This document shows positions 37,401 to 49,300 of a stretch of 64,000 nucleotides of DNA, in pieces. Made by a program: the position numbers and the translations under genes. The DNA comes from Takakia lepidozioides (taxonomy: Eukaryota > Plantae > Bryophyta), in NCBI GenBank assembly GCA_030704615.1, contig CM060732.1, positions 44,764,001 to 44,828,000 of the forward strand, read 5' to 3'. Below the pieces are notes generated by a model. That model was given only the letters and a program-made list of their open reading frames with translations, searched no databases and had not been told where the DNA came from. Every line of letters starts with the position of its first letter. Positions within the stretch are counted from its first letter, which is position 1.

Positions 37401-40400
37401 CACCCATAATTTGGGCTAAGCCTACGAGGGTGGTCTTTCTCTCTCTTACAATGTGTCTCCAAACTATCTTGTTGAAAGCTTTCCCCAGGCTACTATTAAC
37501 CTACCTCTTTCCGATAGTTTGCAGTTGGATCTTAAAGATATCAATAGTAATCCTCTCACAGAACCACTACTCTTACCTCTTCAAAGCCAACTCAACTGAC
37601 GACCTGACTGGGATGAGGATGCTCATTGAAAATGGAGAATTGCCTACCAAGGAGTGGCAGTTTTACTGGAAGTAAACATGAACAGCTTGTGGTCTCAAAC
37701 CTCACAATCTCTATGCCATAGCTACTGCAACAACAAAGCCAGTTTCCAAACATGGAATGGCAAAAGCAGCAGAGGTAACATTGTAACAAGACGTTAATTT
37801 TACTATAGTAATCTGGATTTGGTTCATAAATGGTAGTATTGAGAAGACCGTAGTAACCAGTGTTGGGCGATTCTCTGGTTTTGGGTAGAACCTGCAGGGT
37901 AGGTTCTATCTTGTGGAAGGTAAATAGAGAACCTCTGGGGCCGGGTACTTAAAAACATGGACAGTTAGAGAACCTGCGGTGCAGGGTATATCTCTGAGTT
38001 ACATTTTCACAGGTATGTTTTACACCGGTGCTCGGGTATATGGGTAGAGAACCGTATAGAGAACCGAGAGATGACCCGGTTCCGAGTCCTGGTTCCGAGT
38101 TCAAAAGTTATTATGAACAGAATAAATAAAAAATGTGCATGTATGAGATGGCCACAATTGTCAATAATTAAGCTCATTTTCTAGCACAACTAAGACTAAA
38201 CTTCCTCTAGATTGCAATGTTGGCCTGTTGGCATTCAGTTCTAGCATTTTCACTACCCTTCTTCTTCCTCAAGGCTTCCACGCTAACCTTAAATAACCGC
38301 CCTTATACCCAAGGTATGTGTCGGGTGCAGTTACCCTTACCCTCCCCTCTCATTCCAACTCGTAGGTCTATTAGAGAACCCCCGGTTCGGTGAAGTTCAC
38401 GGGTAAATAGATTTTGGTATCCGCCGGTTCAATCTTGACTAGGGTATTTGAAATTTTAATACCCGAGGTTAAGGGGGCATATACCCAGGTCCGGAACCGG
38501 CGGTTCTTTCACCCAAAACCAGAGAACCGCCCAGCACTGGTAGTAACCCCCAAGGAAGCTTTGACGGCAATACACCGTATTGTTGAAGGATGCAGCCATT
38601 GCTAGTTAATCCAGATACCTGCATATGTTCTCCATCCTCATTCACTTCAAAGAGAGGGAGAAGAATACATTGATTGTAGTCCCAGATATAGAGAAAGAAC
38701 AAAAGCTTTTAACAAACTCCATGGAATAGACGGCAAATATGACCAGTTGGCAAATGCCCTCCACTAAGAAGCCTACATAAAGAAGGTAAAGATGGCTTGT
38801 TGTCTATTGTCCATCTGTCAGTTTGTCCTTTCTATGTACGTGAGATCTCTCCTCTTTAAAGGATGTTCTTAACTCTAGACCACAGTAAGGGAAACAGGCA
38901 GACACCAAAAAGAATAAAAACAGCGGAGGCATGTGAAGCTTACCAGAAATTGCTAACAAAGGCATCTGTTACAGTGTTGGCCACTGTTATTTGCTCCACC
39001 TGCTTCACCAACCCAAGTGGTTGCCCAGAGTGCAGATCTTTGTTGTTTTCTCTGAAGTGCTAGGAAATTATGTTTCTCCTTATCCGAGTATGTTGAATTG
39101 AGAATCCTCTCCATCAGGTGAGGGGTAACTCCTATGGCATAGTGATATTGACAACACATAAGTGGAATACCAGAAGCATAATATTTCACCGTATTTATGT
39201 TCAGGTTACAAAGAAGAAATTGCAAGCTTTCAAATGATGCACCTCTACTATGGTGTAGGCACTTCATGCCTGCAGCGGAAAAATCAAAGAAAGATCTAAG
39301 AGTTGTGGTTTGCATGCTTCCAAGAACCAGTTCTAGTAACAAAGTCCTCCTATGCAGGTCCTACAACATTACAAGTGGCATATTGGACGTCAATGGGCTC
39401 TTATTTGGAGAACATTTTGTTGAAACATACTGACAGCTGATGTCATGACAGAGCTGGTATGTCTAACATTGCATCAGCATTTTGTTTCATGGCATACGGC
39501 TGCATATTTTATTTTTGAAACAACTTTTCCAACCACACAACACAAAAATTCCCTCCTAATATTCTCAGCAACGTTCAAAATGTGGAAAAAAGAATCAAAG
39601 GGAGTTGCCAACCTGGTCCAAGACTAAAAATGTGGCGGTGATAACATCAACAACACCAGGTCCTAAGGCGTTGAGAAATGCATCATACCACTGGGGGTTG
39701 AAAAATCCATCACGTACAACGACTAAGGGTTGTGGATACGTTCCCCTGTAGAGGGTGCTAATCACTTTGCGAAGCTCTTTCTAGTCTGCAGCGTACCGCT
39801 CTGCTGAAACGCTCGTTCAACGCCATCCCCACTCAGCTCATTCCCTACTCAAAACATATTGCACACTCATCAACCTCACTACTATCCCAAACATTGCCGC
39901 CTCCCACCAAACTTTCAAAGAGACTGAGCAACGACAACACCTTCATCTTTCAAAGAGAGACTGAGCATCCTTCATTTCAAAATGACCCACGACCTTCGGC
40001 TATGGCGTACAGGAAGGAGGAGAGCCGGGAGAAACGGCGAGCAAACGTGGCGAGGGAAAACGGGCACGGGCAGCGAACGATGCTTTAAAACTAAAACTTC
40101 GCGCTAACCTTTGTTATGGTAACTTTTTGGTGCAGCAGAGATAATTTTAGTTGGAGCAGCTGTTAGGAAAACGGGCCTGCTAAGCCGTTAGCAAGTGTTT
40201 AACGCTAGCAACCCGGTGCGGCGGGGGCCTAAGTCCTATAACTAAGTTTTTTTGGTTTTTTTCTCCTAACAGCGTTATCGATTATTCTGCATATATATGC
40301 TATGTCTTATGACAAAATTCTCTTGTTCTGTTGATATAAGAATGTTTCATGTAACTACAAAAAAGCGTCCACATGTATAGATTGTACTCATAAGACGTTG

Positions 40401-42988
40401 TTTGCCGTAGCCTTGTGGCCATTGACCCCGCGCCCAGTTTGAGCGGGAACAAAAGGGACAGAACCTACCTCTGTCAGGGGCTGGCGTTGGTAGTAAGACT
40501 TACCTTCAAGAGGGCCTGGGCTTTTGGCTCAGCCTTGAGACTTTCAAAGTTGGTAAACAGGGGTACAGGCACAATACCCTTAATAGATTTGAAGAGAGCG
40601 TCTCTTTGGTGAGAGAACCCCGGACAGTGTATCAGAAAATGAATACTGTCTTCAGATTGCCCACACAACGGGCAATTGCACTCTCCCTTTCCTCTCTGCT
40701 TCTGTTTGCTGTTCAAAGGTAGGCTTCCTGCCCTGAGTTTAAATTTCAGTCTAGTACCGAGAGTGGGTAGACCCTTGAGGTCATCCAAGATGTCCTCCCC
40801 CATGTATAGACTACCATTCAAACCAAAGTAGAAACGCACGAATTCCTTGAGCAAGAAAAACAGTTTTATAGTTTTAGTGTCAATCAGACACGAGCTCTAT
40901 CTGTGTCTTTTTTAGCACAGACACTTTACCAAGTGCTTGACTTAAGATCCATTTTTTCCTTCTTGATCCCAATGGTCAACTAACACTACAGTTGTACAGT
41001 GTGCACTTACCTCAGAAAGCTGTTGCAATTGTGGAACACTACTAGGGGTGAAGTTGAAAAGCCGATATGCCTTAAGGTACTCTTTGCACGCGTGAGTTGG
41101 GTAGAGATCTCTCAGAGTCCTCAACACATCACCCCATATGCGAGTCTCTCCTGCTGTATAGTGTACATCAGGAATTGGTTCACCCCTGCTAACCATGGCA
41201 CACCCACCCAAATAACTTCACGAGAATAGATGGGAGTTACCAGATACATTTCCTAAAGCTCAACTATCACGAAAGAATATTGCATGTTCAGCACTGGAAG
41301 GCTACACTGAAACTCCAGAGGGTTCTAGTTTCATTGCAACTAACTTTCCTCATGACTACCTAGTGTCATGTAAGCTCAAAAACCCCAGCAGTAGATTAAT
41401 GAATACAGGTTCTAGATGATATCAATTGCCTATAAGCTCTAGGACATAAAAGAACAATACCAGTTAGGTGATGGGTGATCAACCACTCGCTAGCTGTGTC
41501 CCTGTACAGTGTTATCAGCCAAAACATATCACAGAAAGAAGAATTATATAACTAGTAGACAACTTATAAGGAGCCAACAGTCATGTGCATAAAAGGCTCT
41601 TTAAGAGAGTAAGAGTCAGCTTATGTACATGGTGTGTGTCTTGGCCAAATCAACGATGTATGCCCGTCGCCTTTTGTACTCAACATCGTGGTAACCCTGT
41701 GAAATGTGATACGCTGTCATAAGCAACTTAATAAAAGGCCCAGAAATGAAATTTATGCTATTCCAAGAGGTTTTCCCTCCAGGTTTGGTACACTGACTAC
41801 GTGTACTAATTATGCATAAGAATGCTGCATGTAGGAAACTACCTGGGTTCCAATCTGATCATCTAGGAAAAATATCAATAAGTAGTCATAATTAATACAT
41901 AAATGTACAGTTTAGCTTCGAAGCGCTCTACTTATGATCCCCTCATCCTCCAAGGAACATTGGCCTGGCCTACTCCTAATATACTGGTTGACAATGCAGC
42001 AAGCTCCATATCAACACAGCAGACTGCTAGGTCACATTTGAGTTTTTCTGGGCCCAGAGAAGTGAAATGTGGAAGAATCAGACAGCCAACCGGATGGTCT
42101 TCGGCCAGGTTGGCACCGAACCCCAGAATATGATCTCCATTAGAAATGTCATGGATGGACCTTGGACTTTGAGGGAGCGTTGTACTAAAATCTTTACTAA
42201 CGTCTGCAACGGTCGATGCTGCACAACATCAGGTGCCATGAAAATAATGTGTTAGCACCTTCAGACCAGATCAATCCATGTTCATCGAAATAGAGGTCAA
42301 TTTAAACTTTCCGCAACCCTCCTGGTCCCAGTAGGCAAACAGGGGATTCCTTCCATGCTTCAACCACTTAAACTAATTCACGCTTCAAGTAAGAAGCGCG
42401 GCCAAAGATATATCTTCTAGCTGAAGTCAGGAGCATCAAAGCTTTGAAGTGATCATGGTCTGGAAGGAGGAGGTGGAGTTACCATCTATATATAGCTTCG
42501 TTTCTGGCCATACCATTCTAATATACCAAACCGCGCAACTGTTACTAAGTCCCAAGTCTCACTAGGTCAGGACTGGGCCTTCTTGTTCTCATACAACAGT
42601 GGATGCATGATTTGCTACCAATGGACACCTGGAATTGACATTCTCTCTGTTTTCATCAAAGGATAACGGCTGAAACAAAAAACACATACCATGTACAGGT
42701 GTAAGCCCCCATTCTCCTCCTTGTGTGCTGCGTGACCTTCCACCACCTTCAATCCTTTGCGATGGACCATGAACCAATAAATGGCGTCCTCTAGTCACTT
42801 GGACATTCAAATTTGATGCAAATATCTCTGGTTGTAGTGGTGCAGCCCGGAACTTTGAAGAAGACCACCTTACGACATTTGAAGAACCGCAGATCATAGA
42901 ACCAGAGGAGATAAGATCTGATGTCCATGTAGAGGCCGTGAGAATACTGGAGCCTTCCTGTGTGCTTGTTCCTGCACCCCAACTCCAT
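28450..42988 (-). CDS. PAH: Plant chloroplast-type phenylalanine hydroxylase (aromatic amino acid hydroxylase), possibly pseudogenising
   Basis: Phase-compatible exons: ~42988/42897-42690 (transit peptide); 42203-42091 (SIHDISNGDHILGFGANLAEDHP); 41696-41629 (GYHDVEYKRRR); 41185-41011 (YPTHACKEYL...PQLQQLSE); 29004-28450 (TGWTIRPVAGLL..FHSTQYI.H..YTPEPDI.HEILGH..YWYTVEFG..GAGLLSSYGE). Iron ligands His/His/Glu are present. Confidence 0.9.
29877..30407 (+). pseudogene. Myb/SANT (trihelix-like) DNA-binding ORF of the Harbinger element
   Basis: NWSESEMHWL...KWEKVVRFL...SCTNKWNMIAKLYRDIR...QD*WGMDGKERVALGLPKAF: spaced tryptophans with an in-frame TAG at 30261. Confidence 0.85.
32333..35022 (+). 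mobile_element. LINE (APE endonuclease + RT + C-terminal zinc finger), internally deleted
   Basis: APE motifs LATFN, GQETW, GVGFFV, VYMP, LLGDFNARVG; RT N-terminus KAGGPDGI, GNYRGITL; YTYLGV; CPLCG..ED..HFL..C. 12-bp TSD TCTCATCCTTAT (32321-32 / 35023-34). Confidence 0.92.
35391..36086 (+). CDS. 231-aa ORF, probable C-terminal remnant of the protein encoded by the CCCGGGGGG element
   Basis: Uninterrupted ORF ending ~300 bp from the right TIR and followed by an AT-rich 3' region; no domain recognised with certainty. Confidence 0.5.
   Translation: MEDVLSQPLDDHAEEVVVQSELRHTLDAVIDEFEQEKDGSKAVVPFVKVDGKTIFKSTLVSQLNGNPTLSKDRLTRVRSASMLFCRENKPTTSNKATSLGLGSDCAVFFVDGETAIQTTNRKGRPGKTCRGATKGTWYLGRVQRMRKKINKRFVECRDSVDLLERPSHMEIGLAWYPKIRGGVYTYDLTDNMMVDLDSIIALACLKYNVKSNTYVLDANDRKVFDNFIKGK
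37803..39845 (-). pseudogene. Captured GH79 heparanase-like / beta-glucuronidase fragment (three exons with introns)
   Basis: GNELSG...VSAERYAAD*KELRKVI...GFFNPQWY...GPGVVDVIT (39845-39615); HLMERILN...WVGEAGGANNSG..VTDAFVSNF (~39133-38944); YLD*LAMAASFNNTVYCRQSFLGG / GLLNTTIYEPNPDYY (38633-37803). Stops and frameshifts are present. Confidence 0.88.
37858..38539. mobile_element. hAT-type MITE inside the captured GH79 exon
   Basis: CAGTGTTGGGCGATTCTCTGGTTTTGGG ... CCCAAAACCAGAGAACCGCCCAGCACTG; exact 8-bp TSD GTAGTAAC; many agaacc subterminal motifs. Confidence 0.92.
40382..40800 (-). mobile_element. 5'-truncated copy of the same LINE family
   Basis: Near-identical to ~34525-35022 (DILDDLKGLPTLGTRLKFKLRAG) with an internal deletion; 10-bp TSD CATGTATAGA (40372-81 / 40801-10). 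Confidence 0.92.
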
Positions 42989-43055
42989 GGCTACCAGGCT
43001 TCCAATCGCAGCACTTCGTGGCTAACTGCCAGGTAGTGTGTGAGATTCAAAGTCT

Positions 43056-45439
43056 ATAGGTGTGCCAAGGAGCTCGTATAATGATTCCCAAAGTCCTCCA
43101 AAAGGGAATCAGAAGGACAGAAGGGTAGAGAATAGAACCGAGTGAATAGTACGATGAGCGGCGTCGTCGCCGCCAGACCTCGGCAAGGCCTGCAGCGCCG
43201 CCAAGTTGGTGGAGGTGTTGGCAGTAGCGACAGCGGTAGCAGCGCTAAGCGAACAAGGGGACGCTGTGCAATAGTGGGCCCCACGCCCGTCAGGCGGCCT
43301 CAATCGGCTCGTCCCCCAGCTCATTCAGCCCCGACGCCGTACAGGCAGCCAAGCTCCAGCCCTCACCACAACCCCTTTAAGGCCTACTCCACCATCCCTT
43401 ATAGTTCGCTCCCCAGAGCAACGAGAGGTGCTGAACACAGCTGCAACTGCTCCTGCTGGAAGACTTGCTCCTCTTGGAAGACCCCATCGCCAACGTACCC
43501 CTACCCTTAGCTCACATGTTCCTGATGCGCACCAGAGTCCAAGCTCCAGACACCAAGTTCAAGAAGAGTCGTCCTCTTCACAACGGTCTTCTCCACCGAT
43601 GATTCCTGGTTCTTCCATTGACGCCCCACCGCACAGGTACTTTCAGCTTACCATCATTTTGTCACCCAACTCTCTGCTGTGGGCCTTTCAGTGCAACCTC
43701 GCAAGTGTGCGGTGTGGTCTCCGTCCGGTCTTCCTGCAGATTTTGTCCTCCCTGCTCACTTCATTGCTCCGCCCAATGGCATAAGAATCCTGGGAGTCCC
43801 TTTTGGCACCACCTAGTTCACAACGTCCTTATTGGAAGATGCACTCCACCAGGATGCAACCCACGCCGCTTTCCTTCCTAGGCTTGGAGATGTACAAGTA
43901 GCATATAGAATCTTGACCAAATGTTTCTTTCAGCGTCCCTCATATCTCTTGCGCACTGTTCTACCCAGCCCAGATTTCCTACACCTCTTATCTGGGTTTG
44001 ATACTACCATGATGATTATCTTCGGGAAATTGTTAGGACCAGGAGCTCTGGAGGGTGCTCAGGGACTTTTGCCATGACAGCAAGCCACCCTGCGTGTCTC
44101 TTCCGGTGGTGTGGGTCTTTTGTCCACTGTCACTACCGCCCCGTCAGCTTTCCTCGGCAGTTGGGCGTTGGTGGCGCCAGCCCTCGCTTCATGATTTCTC
44201 TGTGACCATCGTCCTATCCTTATGGACGCCGTTGCACTTGTCGACAGTGGCATTTTACCCTTCCAGCAGCATCTCCGCTTTGCACGAGATCTTCTTCCGG
44301 CACCGGTGCGAGCATGTCTACCACCATTTGAGCAGTTGGTTGCTCAAGGCCTCGACCATCTTCAGGAGTCCATTTCCGAGTGCGTGCACCGTCATTCCTT
44401 TTCCGGCATGCTCTCAAGTGCTTCTTTTGAGTTGCATGAGCCCGACTTCTATCATGCGCAGGACCCGAAGCAGGGGCATGGTTGGCAGCACGACCCACTA
44501 TCGCACCTTTTCGCCTCTCATCTCCTATTTTCACTACTGCGCTCCGCCTTCGACTCGGTTTGCCTCATCCTTCGGCATTGGGCCTTCAGCGCTGCGTCTG
44601 TCTTCAGCCCATCGATGACCTTGCCATCCATCTCCTCCGTTGTCCATGTGGTGGTGAGCGCACTGCATCTCATGATATGGTTCGCGATGTGGTGGAATCT
44701 ATTGCTCGAGATGCAGGGTATCATGTACTGCGTGAGCAACCACATCTACGACCCACGCTCACGTCCCACTCTACACGCCGCCGTGTTGATATCGTCCTAT
44801 CTAGAGATGGTTTGCGTACCCTAGCAGATGTCGTTCTCGCCGACTCCACTCGAGCGGATCTGCTATCTCGCGTAGCTACCACACCAGGCACGGCAGCCAC
44901 TGTAGCAGCTTAGGCCAAGGAGCGCGACTACAGCGATCGTCACCCCACCGACACATTTCTTCCACTGGCGGTCGAGATATTTGGCTCATTGCACCGGCAC
45001 TTCGACGATTTCTTGCGGACATGTGCACATCATGCAGCCAAGAGCGGGTCCACTGGCATCCCACATGCCTCCGTCCTTGTCGCCTACTATCGACAACATG
45101 TTTCAGTTGCTTTGCAGAGAGCACAAGCCATATCTATTTTGCATCGGGCTGATGTGGCTAGCTCCGCGTCATCTCATCTTCCGCCTCTGCCTGACACTTT
45201 GCCTATCTCCTTGCCTGATCTCCTCCAGGCTGTTGGCTGGGAGGGTCGTTCTGCTTGAATAGCTTACTATAGCTTTTGTTTTCGTCGCTGGTTGAGTAGC
45301 TTACTATAGCTTTTGTTTTCTTCTCTAGTTGAGTAGCTTACTATAGCTTTTTGTTTTCTTCTCTTGTTTCTTGTTCCTCCCCGCCCTTTTTGGGAACTTC
45401 TCATCATATGCACGTTCACCCATTGTACATGTCGTAAAT
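43056..45439 (+). mobile_element. RLE-type (CRE-like) non-LTR retrotransposon, degenerate
   Basis: RT thumb GIRILGVPFG, LRVSSGGVGL; zinc knuckle CVCLQPIDDLAIHLLRC; (R/S)HD motif; RRVDIV...LADV...KERDY...FLPLAVEIFG restriction-like nuclease. The 3' UTR has 3x tagcttactatagctttt; candidate TSD AAAGTCT (43049-55 / 45440-46). Confidence 0.85.
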
Positions 45440-46309
45440 AAAGTCTTACAAGGTTTCATCAGCAGAGAAGAAGTCTGTGCGCGCTTTTAGGAATGGTAGG
45501 AATGGTCGACTGCCTGCACCAAAGCAAACGGAGAACCAATTTGTGAACATGCACGCCCCCAAGAAAAGATAAACACACCAACGTGGCTCATAATACAAGC
45601 CTCGTCACGGAAACACTTGTCAAGCTGGAGATGATGCCAGGTGTGGATAGACACGGAAGGTGGCGAAGCTATGCCCTGTCATCGCTCTATATTTGCCACG
45701 TTAGCGGACAAAGCATAACAATTGGCATCGATGGCTCTAGTTTCTGCCTCTATGTTATGGCTCCATCTCCTCCCACCGGCTCCCACCTTGCTCTTTAATA
45801 GCCTCCTCTGTAGTGTGAAGCCATGAATCATGAAGACTTATCTTGAGGTGCATGATATATTTGCAAATCATTCTTCCCAAAGCCTGCATGACCTTCACGA
45901 CAGTAAAATCTAAAGAGCAAGTGTTGCAAGGAGAGCTCTTTCTAAAGGCTCCATGACTGTGTTCGGTACTTTCAACAAAGAAATCCTGAACAATGAAAGA
46001 GATACTTATGGTTTGATTTTGTCCACTTGCACCGCTGTTGCCCGCTTTTTGGCAGAGAAGCCATGGAAGAGAAGTGCATAGATTTACAGAGCACAGAAGA
46101 AGAGAACTAGAAGATTACATTCACGTGAGCGAGAGCTGGGTAATAGGTACAAGATATGGCTGCATTGAGATCACATGACATAGTGGGTTGCCGGTTTCAA
46201 AACGTGAATAACAGTTTAATGGGCAATGTGCAAATGTAATAACAAAACTGATCCAGTTTTGAATGGATCTGAACTTGCTTTGCAATGGTAATCCATTTGA
46301 AAGGGTAAG

Positions 46310-49300
46310 TTACAGCCCGCTAAGCAGAGATGTTCCCCAGCCAGACAATGAATCATCGGCTTCCAGAGATTCCAATTCGAAATGGCATAGCAGCTGGGAG
46401 CTACGGATTGCTCCCTTCTTGGAGCGCAAGGCCACTGTCCGAATCCCAACTTCCATCTCAATCACTGGGATGCAGAATTGGCCAACAAAGTCGTCTGAGT
46501 CCATGTTGTCCCACTCCCACACTTCGAGTCTTAGCACAGCTATCTCTGGCACTGGAAGAAATTGACAAAAGTGTTAAATTGTCAAATAGTTGTTGTGGCA
46601 AAGACCTCACGAGAAACAGCTTCAAGAGCTACGGGCAAAAGATTTTCCCTCGATAATCTATGAGAAGTTGGTTGCCAGAGATTAAGATGACAACATCCTC
46701 TTCTTGTGACCACTGATTCTCTCTTCTCAAATGTGAAAAGCTTGGCAATTCAGTGAGGAACAATCACACTGCTAGTCATGTCAAGGAAGACAAGGGAAGT
46801 AAGTATTAAATTTGCCTAGATCAGAATTACTCATGCCAGTGTGATAATTCAAACTATATTTGTATGCTAAAAGAAAATTGCAGTCCTAGTGCCGGTCTAT
46901 TCCAAGTTCAACAAAATGAGAATAGATTTTGTCTAGACTGCTAGATCAGAATGGCTTAAATGCAGAATAGAGAATGAGGGCACCTCGAAGACGAAATTCG
47001 AAGTGCTCAGCGTCCCAGTGAGGTTCGGAGCAGTTGTATCTGATCTCAGTCTGCTGCTTGACTTCATCACTGGCCATGCCATGCACCGCAACCTATCAAT
47101 CCCATGCCTTCCATCACTTGGCTTCCAGAGCTTTTGTGAAGCTAAACCCCAGCTTGCTTGGGTGTAGTCAAGAAGGCGAAAGACATGAGGTCACCTGGTG
47201 ACTGCTGCAATTTAAGACGTGGGGGCCAATAACTTCAAGCGATCTACGAAAATTTCACGAACAAACCATGATCCCTCAAGACCATCCACAGCTATAAACG
47301 CATGCATCTAGATAGCTGGCAATTTTGCATCTTTTGGATAGACAGTGCCCACTGCACACCCGTTTGTAATTTCATTGAGGCGCGATCATTTGCAAATTGG
47401 ATCCCCAATGCGCTTCAGGTTCTGTGTGGGGTTAGCAGGAATGCCACTATTCATGTAATATGCGCAAAGTTACATTAGGGGTTCAAGAACTCGAGAGAGT
47501 AAGCTAACCTTCACGTAGAAGTCAGGATTCTTGAAGTAATCAAAATTTTTGTGCCAGTTGGTACCTAATAGGATTGTTACCTGCATACAAATCCGTGAAA
47601 TCATGCACCAGCGTGGAAATTAGGTACCCAGTTAGTCGATTATCTCTCTTTTCGATATCAATAGATAGGCAAGCATTAAATCTAGTTGAGGCAGAAAGGG
47701 GTCAACATCGATCAATTGTGAAATTGATCAATGTTGGTGTGCATTCATGAAAGAGCACCATCTGCTCTAATCGACTGGTCAAAAACTATTGTGCTTAACA
47801 AGCCCCTTGCATGCGCCTTCACATAGAAAGCTTTCCAATGTGACACCTAGGCCGAAAAGCGAAAAAAGGCAAATACCACTACACCTGGGTATTCAAGGAT
47901 TTAGTAGGGAGAGTTTCAGAATGTGGTTGAAATTCCCTTTTGCGCCAAAAGAGCTTGCCAACTTTGCAACTCCAAGAGACTATAACCTTGAGGAGGAGCT
48001 TGGCAGGTAATTGCAAAATCGTTTCGTAATCATAGTCCGATCCTGGAAGGAAAATATCCGGTTTTCTTACATAGCCGCACCCACCATTTGCAGAAAAAAA
48101 ACCTTTCGCTATCCACGCTGCACGGTCCTTGCCTTGCATGTTGATTGCTGCAAGCTGGAGTCCATGGCTCCAAGCAATCATAGGGTCTGCATTTGAGGAG
48201 TCAAATCGCAACCCAAAGGGGTACATACGGCCCAGATTGTTCTTCGAATACCTGCACAGTATATATGAATACGATGTCTGGCTTATAAATGCCAGAGATC
48301 TCCAAACATCTGAATATGGAAAGTTGAGATTCAGTTGCAAAATTTGGTCCACGACCCCTTTGAGGCATAGATGTACAATACTACAAGCCTGAAGATGTAC
48401 ATGAATCAGAGAAAAGGCAAAGGAGGCGCCACATTCTCTTGCTGACACCCAAGGTTAAGGATGTTACACAGACCACAGATAATGGTTCTACAACTCGTCC
48501 TCAAGGACACGTATACACGTATACTTCATTTTCAAGATAGGGCCCTGGCACATACCAAAACTAATTGGAGTTTTAGGTGTGCCATTGCGATTCTGCAAGT
48601 GCTGGAAATGCTCCACAGTCTAGAATCACAGTTTGAGAAGGTTTACCTACAGTATCTGAACTTACTCGATCAGAGAGCCAGGGTGCTTGGAAATGAATTT
48701 CCGCAATTGAGGCTCACTCAAATTGGCCATGATTGCATATTCTCCTGGGACCAGCGGTCCTCCTACCACTTGCTTTTCCTTCATCTCTGAAGGCTTGGCG
48801 CAGTAGATGTATATTAACTCTTCAAACTCATCAGTCTTTGGTACTTCTTCAGCCAAGATGGACTGCCGTTCAGTGGTGAGACTTTTGGTCACCCTCACTA
48901 TTGTCTTCCTCTGAGCCCTTCTAACAGAAGAAGCCCTCAGCTTCTGCACCTTCGACTCTACAGGCTCGTGTGAGCTTATTTCTTCAACATTGTCATCTTT
49001 CACCAGGTGCTCAGCAGCTTCAGGGTGTTCTGCCACCTGCCTTGCATTGCTGATTTGACCATGCAGCTCCATGAGGACTGAGTGCATGGAGGAGCGAGGG
49101 TGGAGGGTGCCTTGTGAATTTGTGCGGTTGAATATGTATATTGAAGGAAAATGAAGTGGTGGTGAAACATGAGTTGCCATCACTTCAATTTACAAACAAA
49201 ATTTCAAGTACTTCGAATTTCCGTCGACCAGGTTATAATTTTGTAAAGATTCTGCACTTCACATGGTTTTGAACAAGACTTTCTAGTGGAAACGTATTTG

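Larger units (their letters stand above)
29528..40229 (+). mobile_element. PIF/Harbinger element, non-autonomous, carrying captured host genes
   Basis: Perfect 15-bp TIR GGCCCCCGCCGCACC / GGTGCGGCGGGGGCC; TAA on both sides (29525-27, 40230-32); Myb/SANT ORF near the left end; no DDE transposase recognised. Confidence 0.9.
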
